In this document: one piece after another, positions 27,306-39,267 of the stretch
How the letters are laid out: every line of letters starts with the position of its first letter
Numbering within the stretch: the stretch's first letter is position 1
Assembly: GCA_951406725.2 (NCBI GenBank)
Contig: OX597830.1
Span: 4,898,001-4,962,000, forward strand
DNA from: Octopus vulgaris
Taxonomy: Eukaryota
Direction of reading: 5' to 3'
DNA: 64,000 nucleotides
Notes under the pieces: model-generated
Seen by the model: only the letters and a program-made list of their open reading frames with translations
What the model was told of the DNA's origin: nothing
Database searches by the model: none
Made by a program: the position numbers and the translations under genes

Positions 27306-27887
27306 AGTGGACAAACAAAATTATTTATTGGGAGTTACATGTATGGATCAAAACACTTTGATTCGAATTTGTTGGTACCCGAGTTGCTTGTTTTGCATGT
27401 GTATACTCGCACATGTATGCAAATGCACACTGGTATGTACATGTGTGTGTGCATGTGTTTGTTCAAGTGCATGTGTATGTGTGGGTGTGTGCAGACATGT
27501 GCATGCCCATGTACAGAGGCACACACTTGCATCAATATACACATGCACTCAAAACTCTATGTGCACATCTGCCCACCAACATATAGAACTATATACTCGC
27601 ACATACTACCCTTTCCTACTCACCCCAACTACCTGACCGATTTCTAATTGCCATGTGCTCTATTTCCTGTCCTCCATGCAGTCAAATTCCTGTTCACCAT
27701 GCAGTATTTTCCAAGTAATTGTTACCCATATGCCAACATTAAACCACGACACCTTGTGACCTTCCTCGACCAATCACAGCCCACCTTATAGTAATATTAA
27801 TCAACTTGTCTTTCAAATTCCAAACGGCTGACAACTAGTAGGACACTTGCTACTCAAGCGTACCAACGAATTTGAATCAGTTTTGAT

Positions 27888-27970
<83 letters not shown>

Positions 27971-27971
<1 letters not shown>

Positions 27972-28262
27972 GGTAAAAATAGTAAGACAACAAACGAAAG
28001 AAAGAGACCTCAATATTATGTAAATAGAAGAATTTATCTGTAAATATAATATGTGACAATAATTCGGTAGCCAAGATAAAACTCTGAGTTTTGGATGCCG
28101 AGGTGGAAATCCACAACACCATCTCTTCAGTTATCTGTCCATCGGAAAAACGCTATGAAAAAAGACCGTTATACAAAGGGAAATTACTGTGTTATTGACC
28201 GCTATTTATACTAAAGCTTTATTCGAATGACTGCTAATTAAGGTAAGGCATAAGCACGCCTA
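27971..28262 (-). mobile_element. Penelope-like terminal-repeat fragment with hammerhead motif, abutting (TA)n
   Basis: Starts directly at the (TA)n tract 27890-27970 and contains the hammerhead at 28074-28136. Confidence 0.55.
28074..28136 (-). ncRNA. Type-I hammerhead ribozyme motif, degenerate (G12A)
   Basis: Minus strand reads agataa-CTGAAGA-gatg...gtgga ttt ccac...catcc-AAAA (for GAAA)-ctcagag-TT-ttatct. Stem I is agataa/ttatct; stem III ACTCAGAGT is near-palindromic. Confidence 0.65.
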
Positions 28263-28544
28263 TTCATACATATACATGTGTGCTTGCACATCCACGTGCG
28301 TACGCATACATCACTAGAAAAACGTACTCATCTTCACTCGCATCTTTCGTCAAATGTATATGCATACAAACCCACACACATGTAAAAGTTCATACATACA
28401 TGTACATACACACACATATATATATAGAGTGTCAGCTCAAAATTTTGGTCAGTCATGAACCTAATGTATTTGTTCATTTATACCTGTATTTGCAATTCAC
28501 CCTTATGATACCCAATGATTATTTTACTAATATTTATATTCTTA

Positions 28545-28760
28545 AAGGGACTGAGCTGGCAGAACTGTTAGCATGCCAGACAAAATGCTGCCAAACATTT
28601 TGTCTGTCTTTACGTTCTGAGTTCAAATTACACTGGGGTCAGCTTTGCCATTCATTCTTTCAGTGTTAACAAAATAAGTACCAGTTGAACACTGGGGTTG
28701 ACTTAATTGACTCAACTGCTCCCCCAAACCTGCTGGCCTTGAGCCAAAGTTTGAAACCAA
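28545..28760 (+). mobile_element. tRNA-derived SINE (GCCTTTCATCC-core family)
   Basis: gagctggcagaactgttagcatgccagacaaaatgc...gagttcaaatt...aagtaccagttgaacactgggg. Confidence 0.8.
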
Positions 28761-28852
28761 TATTTACAATCTTAAACAGGATTAATAAAATCTATGTTGG
28801 TTTATATAATTTTCCCCATACCTGCATTATACCATATATATATATATATATA

Positions 28853-28990
28853 TAATTTATTTTATAGAAGGAGCTTCTACAGGACTAGAACTGTTTCATT
28901 CAAAAGAAATCATCAGGAAGCGCTTCCTGATGATTTCTTTTGAATGAAACAGTTCTAGTCCTGTAGAAGCTCCTTCTATAAAATAAATTA
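28853..28990. repeat. Perfect 138-bp palindrome (69-bp arms, no spacer)
   Basis: Centre GGAAGC|GCTTCC at 28921/28922. Every base i pairs with base 57843-i from 28853 to 28990. Confidence 0.97.
28922..28970 (+). ncRNA. Type-I hammerhead ribozyme with intact CUGAUGA/GAAA/GUA core (mirror copy on the minus strand at 28873-28921)
   Basis: gcttc-CTGATGA-tttcttttgaat-GAAA-cag-ttctagtc-ctg-TA-gaagc. Stem I gcttc/gaagc; stem II ttc/gaa (non-canonical U-U at 10.1/11.1); stem III ACAG/CTGT; predicted cleavage after A28965. Confidence 0.75.
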
Positions 28991-29053
28991 ATTTACTCTG
29001 CTATGTATTGAGTACCTTATTTACTGTGGTTAACCCCGACTCAACCCGGGACC

Positions 29054-29132
<79 letters not shown>

Positions 29133-29247
29133 GTATGTATATGTATATATACACACACATATACATATATATATATATGTTTATGTTTGTATATATATAT
29201 ATATACGTATGTATATGTATATATACACACACATCCTATATATATAT

Positions 29248-29467
29248 GTAGTTAATCCAAACAAGAAAAGACAGAAAAAAAGAGAAAAAAACAGCAACGC
29301 GAGGACGTGGAACAATTAAAGTATTATTGACGCTCAGGAAAGAAGGGAAGGTGGGTTTAACGTTTCGAGCGGAGCTCTTCGTCGGAAACAAGGAGAAGGA
29401 AAGATCCCAAGAAGGGAAGACAGAGGAAAAAATATTTTTGCTGGTGGTGCTCAAGAGATCACATGTT
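29248..29467 (-). mobile_element. Short Penelope-like / retrozyme-like element in (TA)n; copy 1 of the family also at 37795-38013
   Basis: Flanked by TA/CA microsatellites and colinear with 37795-38013 (aacgcgaggacgtgg...acgtttcgagc..agctcttc...gaagacagaggaaaaa...cacatg). Confidence 0.65.
29355..29389 (-). ncRNA. Minimal type-I hammerhead-like motif with palindromic stem III
   Basis: Minus strand gttt-CCGACGA-a-gagc tcc gctc-GAAACGTT-aaac. Stem I gttt/aaac; stem II gagc/gctc; stem III reduced to the palindrome ACGT; U4C core variant. Confidence 0.6.
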
Positions 29468-29549
29468 GTATGTGTATGTACACGTATGTATATATATATA
29501 TATATGTATGTATATATATATATATACTTATGTATATGTATATATATAT

Positions 29550-29582
<33 letters not shown>

Positions 29583-29831
29583 CACACACACATATATATA
29601 TATACACACACATATAGAGAGAGAGACAGAGAGAGATCCATATCACACATATACACAACATCTGTATGTAGATCAGTTGCATACCATCATATACATATGT
29701 AAACATATACATGTATAGGAATTCATAGCAGGCACATATGTAACATCCTGATATACACAGTTATCTACAGTGACACACTTGTAATACATATAAATAAACA
29801 TCCACATATATTAATATATGTATATATGGAT

Positions 29832-29876
<45 letters not shown>

Positions 29877-31213
29877 TATATATATCAATCATTTGTTTCT
29901 CTAGACTTGCTGATCATAATCCCTGAGAAAGTTTTCCAAACTTCTCCATTACCTTCAGGGCATTTTCTGAATCCATCTCAAGCATCTTTTCTTCTCTCCT
30001 ACCGCCTCTATTGATTATCACGTCGGTCACCTCTCTATTAAGTAGTTTCTATAACCTACCTATGTTCACCTGGTTGGTTTGCACCTGGGTATTACTTAGA
30101 TTTGACTTGTAACTTCAACTTTCCTTCTCTAATGATATGGAGTGTCAATACAAGTGTGGTACGTAAAGATTTCTATCTAAAAGCAAAATAACATTTTTTC
30201 TTTCTTTCTGTATTTTTGCATTTCAAATGACTGGTAACTTTTTGTTGCTTTTTTGCTATTTTTTTTATGTATGTAGTCTTTTTAATTTCATCTTGTTACA
30301 ACTTTTCTTTAGCAATGCATAACTGATATGCCAAACTAATTTCATACAAGTTCCATCATGCAACAGGAATATATTACACACACACACACAGCTATAACTG
30401 TGCATGAGAACGTGTGTATTTACATAGATATATGAGAATAGCTATGTATATCGCAGTATAATTGTGTATGAGTATGTTTATGTCAATACAAAAGATATAT
30501 GAGAGGAGGTGTGTATATGAATATATATACTTGGGGATGAGGGCAAGTGAATGTATGTACGTATGTATATGAGAATAAGAACACACACACACATATGACT
30601 ATGTGGTTGTGTATTGGAGACATGCACATTTGTATATTGCTGCACAATTGTATAACATCTTTATGTACAAACATGTATGTATGTATGGCTATATATTTGT
30701 ATATAAAAACATCCAAATGTATAGACATAGATTTATGAGAGTAAATATGCATCTATGTTAGCAGAGTCATTAGACCATTGAACAAAATGCTTTGTGATAT
30801 TTGTTCTGGCTCTGTAAATTCTGAGTTCAAATCCCACCAATGTCAGTTTTGTCACTCATCCTTTCTGGTTCAATAAATAAAGCACCAGTCCACTACTGGA
30901 ATCAATTACACTTCTCTCTTTAAAAAATTGGTTTAATACAGACCTTAAGAGGGATGGGTTCTGACATGTTTAAAAGTACCCAGTTCAGGTCCCAACAGTA
31001 CCTACAATTCCATGAGAACTCAAAGATCTAAGGAAATATTATATATCATAAAAGTGGGCTTGATTAAGAGCAGGTTGACTAAGTAAAACACATCACATTT
31101 AAAGCTAAGTCCATGTGAGGAAATGAACAACTGAAAATCAATCAATCTTGCTATGCTACCACTGCTGGCAGTAAGCAATTGCTCCTACATATTTACTAAC
31201 AGGTGGACTGATT

Positions 31214-31427
31214 CAAGGGGCTAAACACAGAGATGACAAACAAGGACAGACAAACTGATTAAGTCGATTATATCGACCCCAGTGCGCAACTGGTACTTAA
31301 TTTATCGACCCCGAACGGATGAAAGGCAAAGTCGACCTCGGCGGAATTTAAACTCAGAACGTAATGACAGACGAAATACGGCTATGCATTTTGCCCAGCA
31401 TGCTAACATTTCTGCCAGCTCGCTGCC
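31214..31427 (-). mobile_element. tRNA-derived SINE (GCCTTTCATCC-core family), young copy
   Basis: Reverse complement of the near-full-length copy at 62511-62740, with many CpGs retained. Confidence 0.9.
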
Positions 31428-32034
31428 TTTTCAATATCTTAATTGAAGTCACAGTGCCTTTGATAAGTTATGTACTACTAACCTTTAGCTCGCTGTCTGC
31501 TACCCTATGCAATGAACCATTTTTGTGCTCAAAGATAAATTCAATATATTCCAAAGTCCATTTTGAAATGAAATAAAAATGCCCCCTACCCACCGAATAC
31601 TCAAAAATATCAGGGACATTAATATAAATATCATATTGATGCATACGTTTTTCCTAATCGTTTCTCAATTAGTTAAAGTAATTAATTTCTCTACTTCCAG
31701 TAACGTTTTTCTTGTCCTGTCAGGAAAATTAGAATAAACCTGTTTTCCATATCAGAAACTTAAAAGAAGTTCCATAAAAGAAGTAAAACTGTATCATGAT
31801 GATAGTTTATGTAATTCACTCACAATATCTTTGCCTGTAGAATACAATAATGGCACAATTAAAAGACAAAGGCATCTCTGTTTGTGTGTGTGAATATCTG
31901 ACGCCATGTGTCATCACCATTTGAACACAGGTAGCATTTGTTTACAACTGTTGTAAGCAAGACGTCCTAAAGCTCAGCATTTTCATCAGATGTGTGAAAA
32001 TCAGGGGAAGAAAACATAACTCACTTGAAAACCA

Positions 32035-32420
32035 GCAAACACTTGTGCCCATGCTAGTAGGGTGCTAAGAGCACCATCTGAGTGTGATCGTTGACAGAGC
32101 AGTCAACTAGCTTCCGTGCCGGTGGCACGTAAAATGCACCATTCGTGTGTGATCGTTACTGGCACCTGTGCTGGTGGCCTGTGTAAAAAGATTTGAGCGA
32201 GGTCATTGCCAGTACTGCCTGACTGGCCCCGTGCTGGTGGCATGTAAAAAGCACCCACTACACTCTCGGAGTGGTTGGCATTAGGAAGGGCATCCAACTG
32301 TAGAAACTCTGCCAGATCAAGATTGGAGCCTGGTGCAGCCATCTGGTTTGCCACCCCTCTGTCAAAATCGTCCAACCCATGCTAGCATGGAAAGCGGACG
32401 TTAAGCGATGATGATGATGA
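32035..32420 (+). mobile_element. RTE-type 3' module / SINE with (GAT)n tail, young copy
   Basis: ggcacgtaaaa...cactacactctcggagtggttggcattaggaagggcatccaactgtagaaactctgccagatc...ccaacccatgctagcatggaaagcggacgttaagcgatgatgatgatga. Confidence 0.9.
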
Positions 32421-33894
32421 CATCAGTGATAGGAAGGACATAAACTATTGCCTCAAAGTGCATTGTTCAATCTATGCCAGCAAGGAAAAAAAAATGGACA
32501 TGATGATGATGATGGGGAGGAGGAGAAGTTAAAGTGGGAAGGAGAAAGAGGGAGGAGTAAGGGGAGAGAATGATTCCAATGACATGAGAGGGTTAATGCT
32601 ATGTTTAATTTTTTGCATAATTAATTAGTAATGGCAACATTTCAAACAGACATTTCACAACACCAAGCAACGGAATTCACTACAGACGTATTGATAATTT
32701 CAGAAAACATGTAAACATACCATTATTTGCACTCAAATCTAATTAGTAATAGTTCTTCTTAATCATCTAGTGATATCAATATAAACATTGCTATATCTGG
32801 TTAATATTAAAGGCATTAGATTTTAGTTTCCGATTAATAGTTTGAGATTTCTTGAACTTTGAATTGTGATTTTCATTGCAATATTAAGTTGTTTACCATT
32901 CTTGCTCACTACTTTATAATCCCCCAATAACTGCTTTGACATTTTCCTAAATAATAACATACTTTGTCAAGAATCAAATGGAATGTTCCATTCTAGATTG
33001 TTCTGTGGATAAATGGTTTCTATTGATTACAGAAATTAACATGTCAGCTGAATACGTCCAGAGTTTAATTAAATAAAGGCTGAGCAGTTGTAATAAATGA
33101 CTGAGAGCCATTTGTCACTCTGTGCCAGAAACATTCTTAAGGCTGTCATAGTAATGGTAGTATTACTAAAAGACAACAAACACACTCCATTTTGTTCCAT
33201 TTATATTTCAAGTAAATTTTCTGTTATTCCATGTATAACATGACAACAATTATTTAGACTTTGACAAATTAGGTTTTGTCAATCCAGTCATTGTGTATAG
33301 CTAAAATACTATAACCCCATCATTATTTATACACTAACCAAGTCCATTCTATATTTTCCCAATCCTCTACCCACATTCTTTGAACCTGCAACTCCTCTGC
33401 GGCAAGGACATTATTCTGTTCTGGCCCCTCCACAATCTCTTATTTCTTTACATGAAGTCACATTTCACTCTACTGCAGCCCCCACTCATTTGAAAGGGAT
33501 CATTGTGTTGTGAGCTTTATAGCAATCTCACTCATGTTGGTCTCATGGGAAAAGTAATCAGTAAACTCTATAAAACGGATGATGTTAAGAAGAGTCTGCA
33601 ATTGTGAAAACTACGCTAAAGCAGACATTGCAGCACCATGCAGTTCTTGGACCCATTTGACCATGTCAAACCATGCTACCCAAGTCAGCATGGAAGATGG
33701 ATGTTAAATAATAATGATGACTATGATGGTGATGGCAGTGGTAACAGTGGTGATGAAGAAAATGAGTAAATCAGAGGCTGTGTGCTATCAATGTACAAGC
33801 TATGCGATGAGGTAGACTCATTCTTTTATACGATATAAACGAACTAATGTTAGAATCCTAGATATGAGCGTTTGCTCTTGTCCTCATGTGAAGA

Positions 33895-34050
33895 CTAAAT
33901 TATTGTCCAACAGGCCAGGCGTCGGTTATGAGGGGGCATGCAATATTGCAGTATATCACTGCATCCACCACTTGTCAGTATTTGCCTGGTTCAATCCTGG
34001 GCAAGCCTCTGAGAAGTGTCCCAGTCAATCCTTATCCAAAGAGTATTTGA
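33895..34050 (-). mobile_element. RTE LINE extreme C-terminus remnant
   Basis: Minus strand reads WIRIDWDTSQRLAQD*TR...QVVDAV, matching the RTE 'W..A..LAQDR..W...V.A' terminal motif. Confidence 0.55.
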
Positions 34051-35199
34051 CTGACCAATTTCGAAGAGCCAGAAGGACATCAAGAATATTGAAAGTGAAA
34101 TGAAGAGACATCACAACAGCAGCTGAGGCATTAAAGGTGGAATCAACAGACTTAGATAAAAAGAAATGTTTTAATTGACAGAAACTTTGTTACTCTGAAG
34201 ACAAGTATCAAATTGACTCTATTCTTGAAATACCCATTATCTATCTGGGAGAAAATGTGATCAAATTAATTTTATCATGAATTAAGATGTTTTCTCACTT
34301 GTTAAATTAATGAAATATTCTAATGCAGAATACAAAAATCTTTAATTACTTAAAAAATAAAACAGAAACATTTAAATGGTTCGATGTTCTAATTAACTGC
34401 AGTCTTAAGATAGATAATGGACTTCAAACTTTAAAAAAAACACACGACACCACTTGAAAACCATTCTCACTTTAAAAGCTTTCTTAATCATTTCAGATAT
34501 AATTAAGAAATTATCAACAATAATAAACATTTGAAATGTTTTCTTCCCACTTCTTGTTTTTATTTTTTTTAATTTTATTTGAAATGATATTCAATTATTT
34601 GCTGAATAAGGCACTTGCTGTGGAGTTTATAAGTTTGGTGACAAAATGTCAAAGTAATCTGAACCCATCGAAGACAACTTGCTCTTTATTCTTACAGAAA
34701 TATTTAAGTAGATATAAAATGAAATCCTAATGCTATGATACAATTATATCTAACGAGAAATTGATTCCACATACTTAACAAGGATTACTAAATATTGAAC
34801 ACACAGTTAGATTACATCTGTTTTAATTGCATTGCCTAATTCATTAGTTGACACAGATTACTGCCAGTATAAATAGTTTCAGATGATGATTACATTTCTA
34901 TATTATCAATAAATGATAATTTCTACGTCCAGGTCAAATTTTCTCTATTTCTCTGTTACATGTTCTATTGACCTAGGAGGGCAAAGTCAATCCTCATGAG
35001 ATCTGAACATAAAACAAAATATCAAAATTCAAGGCATTTTAATCTGGCACTCTACCATTTCTGCCCTCAAAATATTGATAAATAATAGAAACTCTGCGAT
35101 AGTTATTGATTACTTTTATCTTTGTTTGAAAATTTTAGATTGCAACTATTTAGGTACATATTCGTCTGCACCTGAGACCTTCCAGTACTAAGCATAATC

Positions 35200-35740
35200 A
35201 CAAACACACATATATACACACACACTTTTACACACATTCAAGTAAACAGAAGAAACTACAATCTCATACCCATATACATACACTTGTAGAGAACGAACAA
35301 TAATCTTACACTCTCACTGACACATATAAAACTAATTCTCCCTCTCTAACCCTTTACACGCGCACACATATGTAGAGAGAGAGAGAGAGAGAGAACTAAC
35401 CATACTCTCTTACAGAACAAACCAGAATCTCTCATACAGACACAAATGCATAGAACAAACCATACAATTTCCTCCATGCACACACTCCCACATACAGAAC
35501 TAAAAACCTTATATACACAATCACATGTAAAACCAACCATATACTCATACACAGCACAAAAGTACAGAACCATCATACATCGAATTAGCCATACACACAC
35601 ATATGTAGAACTACACATTCACATGCACATACATAGAACAAACCACACGTACACAGAAGCACACATATCAAGAACTAACCATGCATACATATAGAATTAT
35701 ATGCACACATACACAACCAACTATACAGAACCAAGCAGAA
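35200..35740. repeat. Degenerate CA/AGAAC-rich minisatellite
   Basis: Recurring 'acatagaac(a/t)aaccatacac' units. Confidence 0.6.
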
Positions 35741-36249
35741 TTTTACTCATATAAAGCAAAATATATGAACCTGCCATCAGTTTTGATGATAGCAATTCAA
35801 CAGGGGTATTTATTCATTGAATCATAATGTAAATGGTCGAGTATACCACAGACACAATATAATTATGTGTGTGTATGTTTGGATATAAGTGTGGCTTAGT
35901 GGTAAAAAAACTTGATTCACAACCACAAGGTCTAGAGTTCAAGCTCACTGTCGGTCACCTTAAGGAAGTGTCTCCATCATAGCTTTTCCCACCGACCCAT
36001 GAGATGACCCAGGTCATAAAAGGGAAAATGGAGAGATGGAATCTATTGAATCCTATCTTCAATCGTTCATCGTACCTTGCCTCCCTCTCTCTCTCTCTGT
36101 CACACACAAACATGCACTACATCACACTGCTTCTGTTTCAGTGCTATGTTGAGTGTGCATATATCTTTGGAGTACTCAGCCATTTCATGTAGTAGTTCAG
36201 TGAGTAATCAGTCAGTTGAGTCAACAACTGAGCATCTATGTATTGAAAT

Positions 36250-36576
36250 GGATGGCTCCAGGCTCACTGCATGGTATTGTGGGCATCTTCTACCATAACC
36301 CCAGGTTGGATTTGGTAGACAGAAACTGAGCGAAGCCTTTCATGTGTGTGTGTGTGTCTTTTGTGCTAGTCTTTGTCTTCCATCACTGCTTGACAACCAG
36401 TGTTGGTTTGTTTATGTTTCTGTAACCAACCAGTTTGGCAAAAGTGACTGATAAAATAAGTACCAGGCTTAAAAAAAAACCAAAAAATCAAAACAAGTAT
36501 TAGGACCAATTATACTTTCAAGGTGGTGCTCCAGCATAGCCACAGTCTAATAACAGATTTAAGTAAAAGATAAAAG
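36250..36576 (+). mobile_element. Decayed CORE-type SINE
   Basis: ggatttggtagacagaaactgag.gaagcc...gcttgacaacc...ggtggtgctccagcatagccacagtc...agtaaaagataaaag. Confidence 0.75.
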
Positions 36577-37794
36577 CGGGGACACACACACATGTGTGTG
36601 TGTGTATATATATATATTTAAACATGAAAATATATATTTTCTCATTGAGAATAATTTGAACCCCTGTTATGCCGGAATTTTTATTCCCTAACAAATAAAA
36701 TTAAATATATATATATCCTCATCATCGACAACAAACATTAAGCACACACACACACTCTCCCATGCTATGGTTTCTTGTTAAAATCTATCTGCGAGTTGCA
36801 CCAATATACTGGTGATCCACATGAAACAGATATGCATTTAGTAGTTAAGGGTGATGTCATGTTAGGTCATTACTACTTGTTGACTTTATTTTCAACAGTC
36901 ACACAGCCATAGCTTGACCTGCTGCATATAGCAACCAAATATCCCTAAATTACAGTTAACCATCTTAAGAAAAGAGGACACATTAGGTAATATACTGTTC
37001 AACACAATATCTGAAATAAAAGATGGGATGGGCATGGCTGGAATATCTTGGTTTATAGAACTGATTTGTAAATAGTGACCTAAGGTTAAGCAACTAACAA
37101 ACGAACTGAAAAGCTGAATAATCTTTAAGATCCACATCTGAGTGGAACAGCTCTGTTGTTAAACTTCATATTTAGAAATACTGAATGTGTATTTACAATG
37201 TGTGCAGCTGTATGTCTGCATAAATACATGCATACACACAGAACGGATGTTAATATATTGGAAAAAACTGTTTTCAAAGAAAGTATAGCTATCTCTAAAA
37301 AAGAAGCAAAAACTCTGATAAAACTTCTTCAAATTAACTCAGACACACATTAAATTCTGCATTTGTGTATATAATCTCAAATATTGCTCTGTCTCCATCT
37401 ATAATGCTTCAAACCAATGGTATCTCAACTATGGAATGAAACTGAAGACATAATTTTTTATGCACCTCAACATTATTTTATTTATAAAACAATTGACTGA
37501 TAAAGTAAGGAAGGAAATTGAGACATAATTTATTATAAACACAACATTTACTCCTAAAACAATTAACTGATAAACTATAGAACGAAATTGAAGACATAAC
37601 CAATAAAAGATACATTGACTTTATATTTATTTATTTGTAAGACAACTGACTGATAAGCAAACATTTAGAAATTAAGCTATATATATGTATGTATATATAT
37701 ATATATATACATACACATGTATATATGTATATGTCTATTATGTATGTATGTATGTATATATATATATAAATATGTAGATATATGAATATATGTA

Positions 37795-38013
37795 TAAATA
37801 AAAAGATAAATAAACAACAAACACAAAAAGAGAAAACAACAACGTGAGGATGTGGCACATGCAAAGTATTAGCAGACACTGAAGAACGGAAAGAAAGGTG
37901 GTTTTACGTTTCGAGCAAAGCTCTTCACGAGAAACAGGAGACGGAGGAAAGTCCAAATGAAAAGGAAGACAGAGGAAAAAGAAAATAATCGCCAATGATC
38001 CACATGTGGTTAC
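37795..38013 (-). mobile_element. Short Penelope-like / retrozyme-like element in (TA)n; copy 2, with decayed hammerhead at 37901-37935
   Basis: Homologous to 29248-29467. Minus strand gttt-CTCGTGA-agagctttgctc-GAAACGTA-aaac keeps stems I and II and the ACGT stem III, but the CUGA box is damaged. Confidence 0.65.
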
Positions 38014-38026
38014 TATATATATATGG

Positions 38027-38065
<39 letters not shown>

Positions 38066-38424
38066 GCCACAAGTTTACACAGCCTTGGTTTTTTATCTTA
38101 TTATGCAAAAAATTGTTATATATATATAAGCACACACACACACGCAAATATATGCATGTAGACTCAGCATGAGTTTGTATTTGAGAAATTTGCTTCCAAG
38201 CCATGTAAACTCAAGTTTAGTCCTACCGTGCAACACCTTTAGTGTCTTCTACTACTCCTAGTACAGCCCCAGGCTGACCAAAGTTCTGTGAATGGATTTG
38301 GAAGAGAGAAATTAAAACAGCCCTTTTAATTCATTCGTTTCCCAATTAAGGTACAAGCCCAATGCAATGGGTCCCCTCTTCCGTACAAGGTATACAAACT
38401 TATCCAAGCTCATTAATTTGAGTG

Positions 38425-38455
<31 letters not shown>

Positions 38456-39134
38456 ACACACACACACAATATCTCCTTATATATATTATATATATATTTG
38501 TATGTGTGCGCAGTCATACACACAGGTATGCATTATTAATTTTCCCGTTATTTTGGAGTGTGGCTAACAAGAATTACATGACTGTGGATTTAGTTTCATA
38601 ACTATGTCAGACTGTGATTTCATCTCCCATTCTCTTTTATTATTTCATAGCTGACATCTTATATTGAGTACTGTTTGCTATAACATAACAATATAGGAGA
38701 AATACAATGAGAAATATATGCATATTAAGCTCCTAGTATCTACAAGTAGAGTCACCTTTTATGTAAAAAAAAAAGAAAAAGCAAAAGGGATAGTGTTAGT
38801 TTAGGTAACTTTGTATTTGTTATATGTATGGTTACTATGATAAGGCAGTTTCTTCAGTGAAAATTCAAATGCTAACTGGGTCCGCTATTTCATAAACCAA
38901 CCACCTTATCTCACAGTTTTCAACATCAAGTCCATGCTCAGTTGATGATAAAACAAATATTGAAAACTCATGAGTCTTGGGTAAAACTGATATTTATTTC
39001 TGTATTCATATACTTATTTATTTATTTATTATTGTTATTATTAACAACAACAAAATCATCATATCATAACATCCTTCTACTGAAAAATGTAATATTGGAC
39101 TTAGGGAAGGCATTTATTTATTTATTTATTTATT

Positions 39135-39188
39135 GATGGATGGATGGATAGATAGTTAGATAGATAGATAGATAGATTGATAGATAGT

Positions 39189-39230
<42 letters not shown>

Positions 39231-39267
39231 GATAGATAGTTAGATAGATTGATAGATAGATAGATTG
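39135..39267. repeat. (GATA)n microsatellite
   Basis: Direct inspection. Confidence 0.95.

Larger units (their letters stand above)
28853..29056 (+). mobile_element. Penelope-like terminal-repeat element with inverted partial duplication, inserted in (TA)n
   Basis: Hammerhead-bearing segment with an inverted 5' copy, a layout known for Penelope-like elements. (TA)n flanks both sides. Confidence 0.6.
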
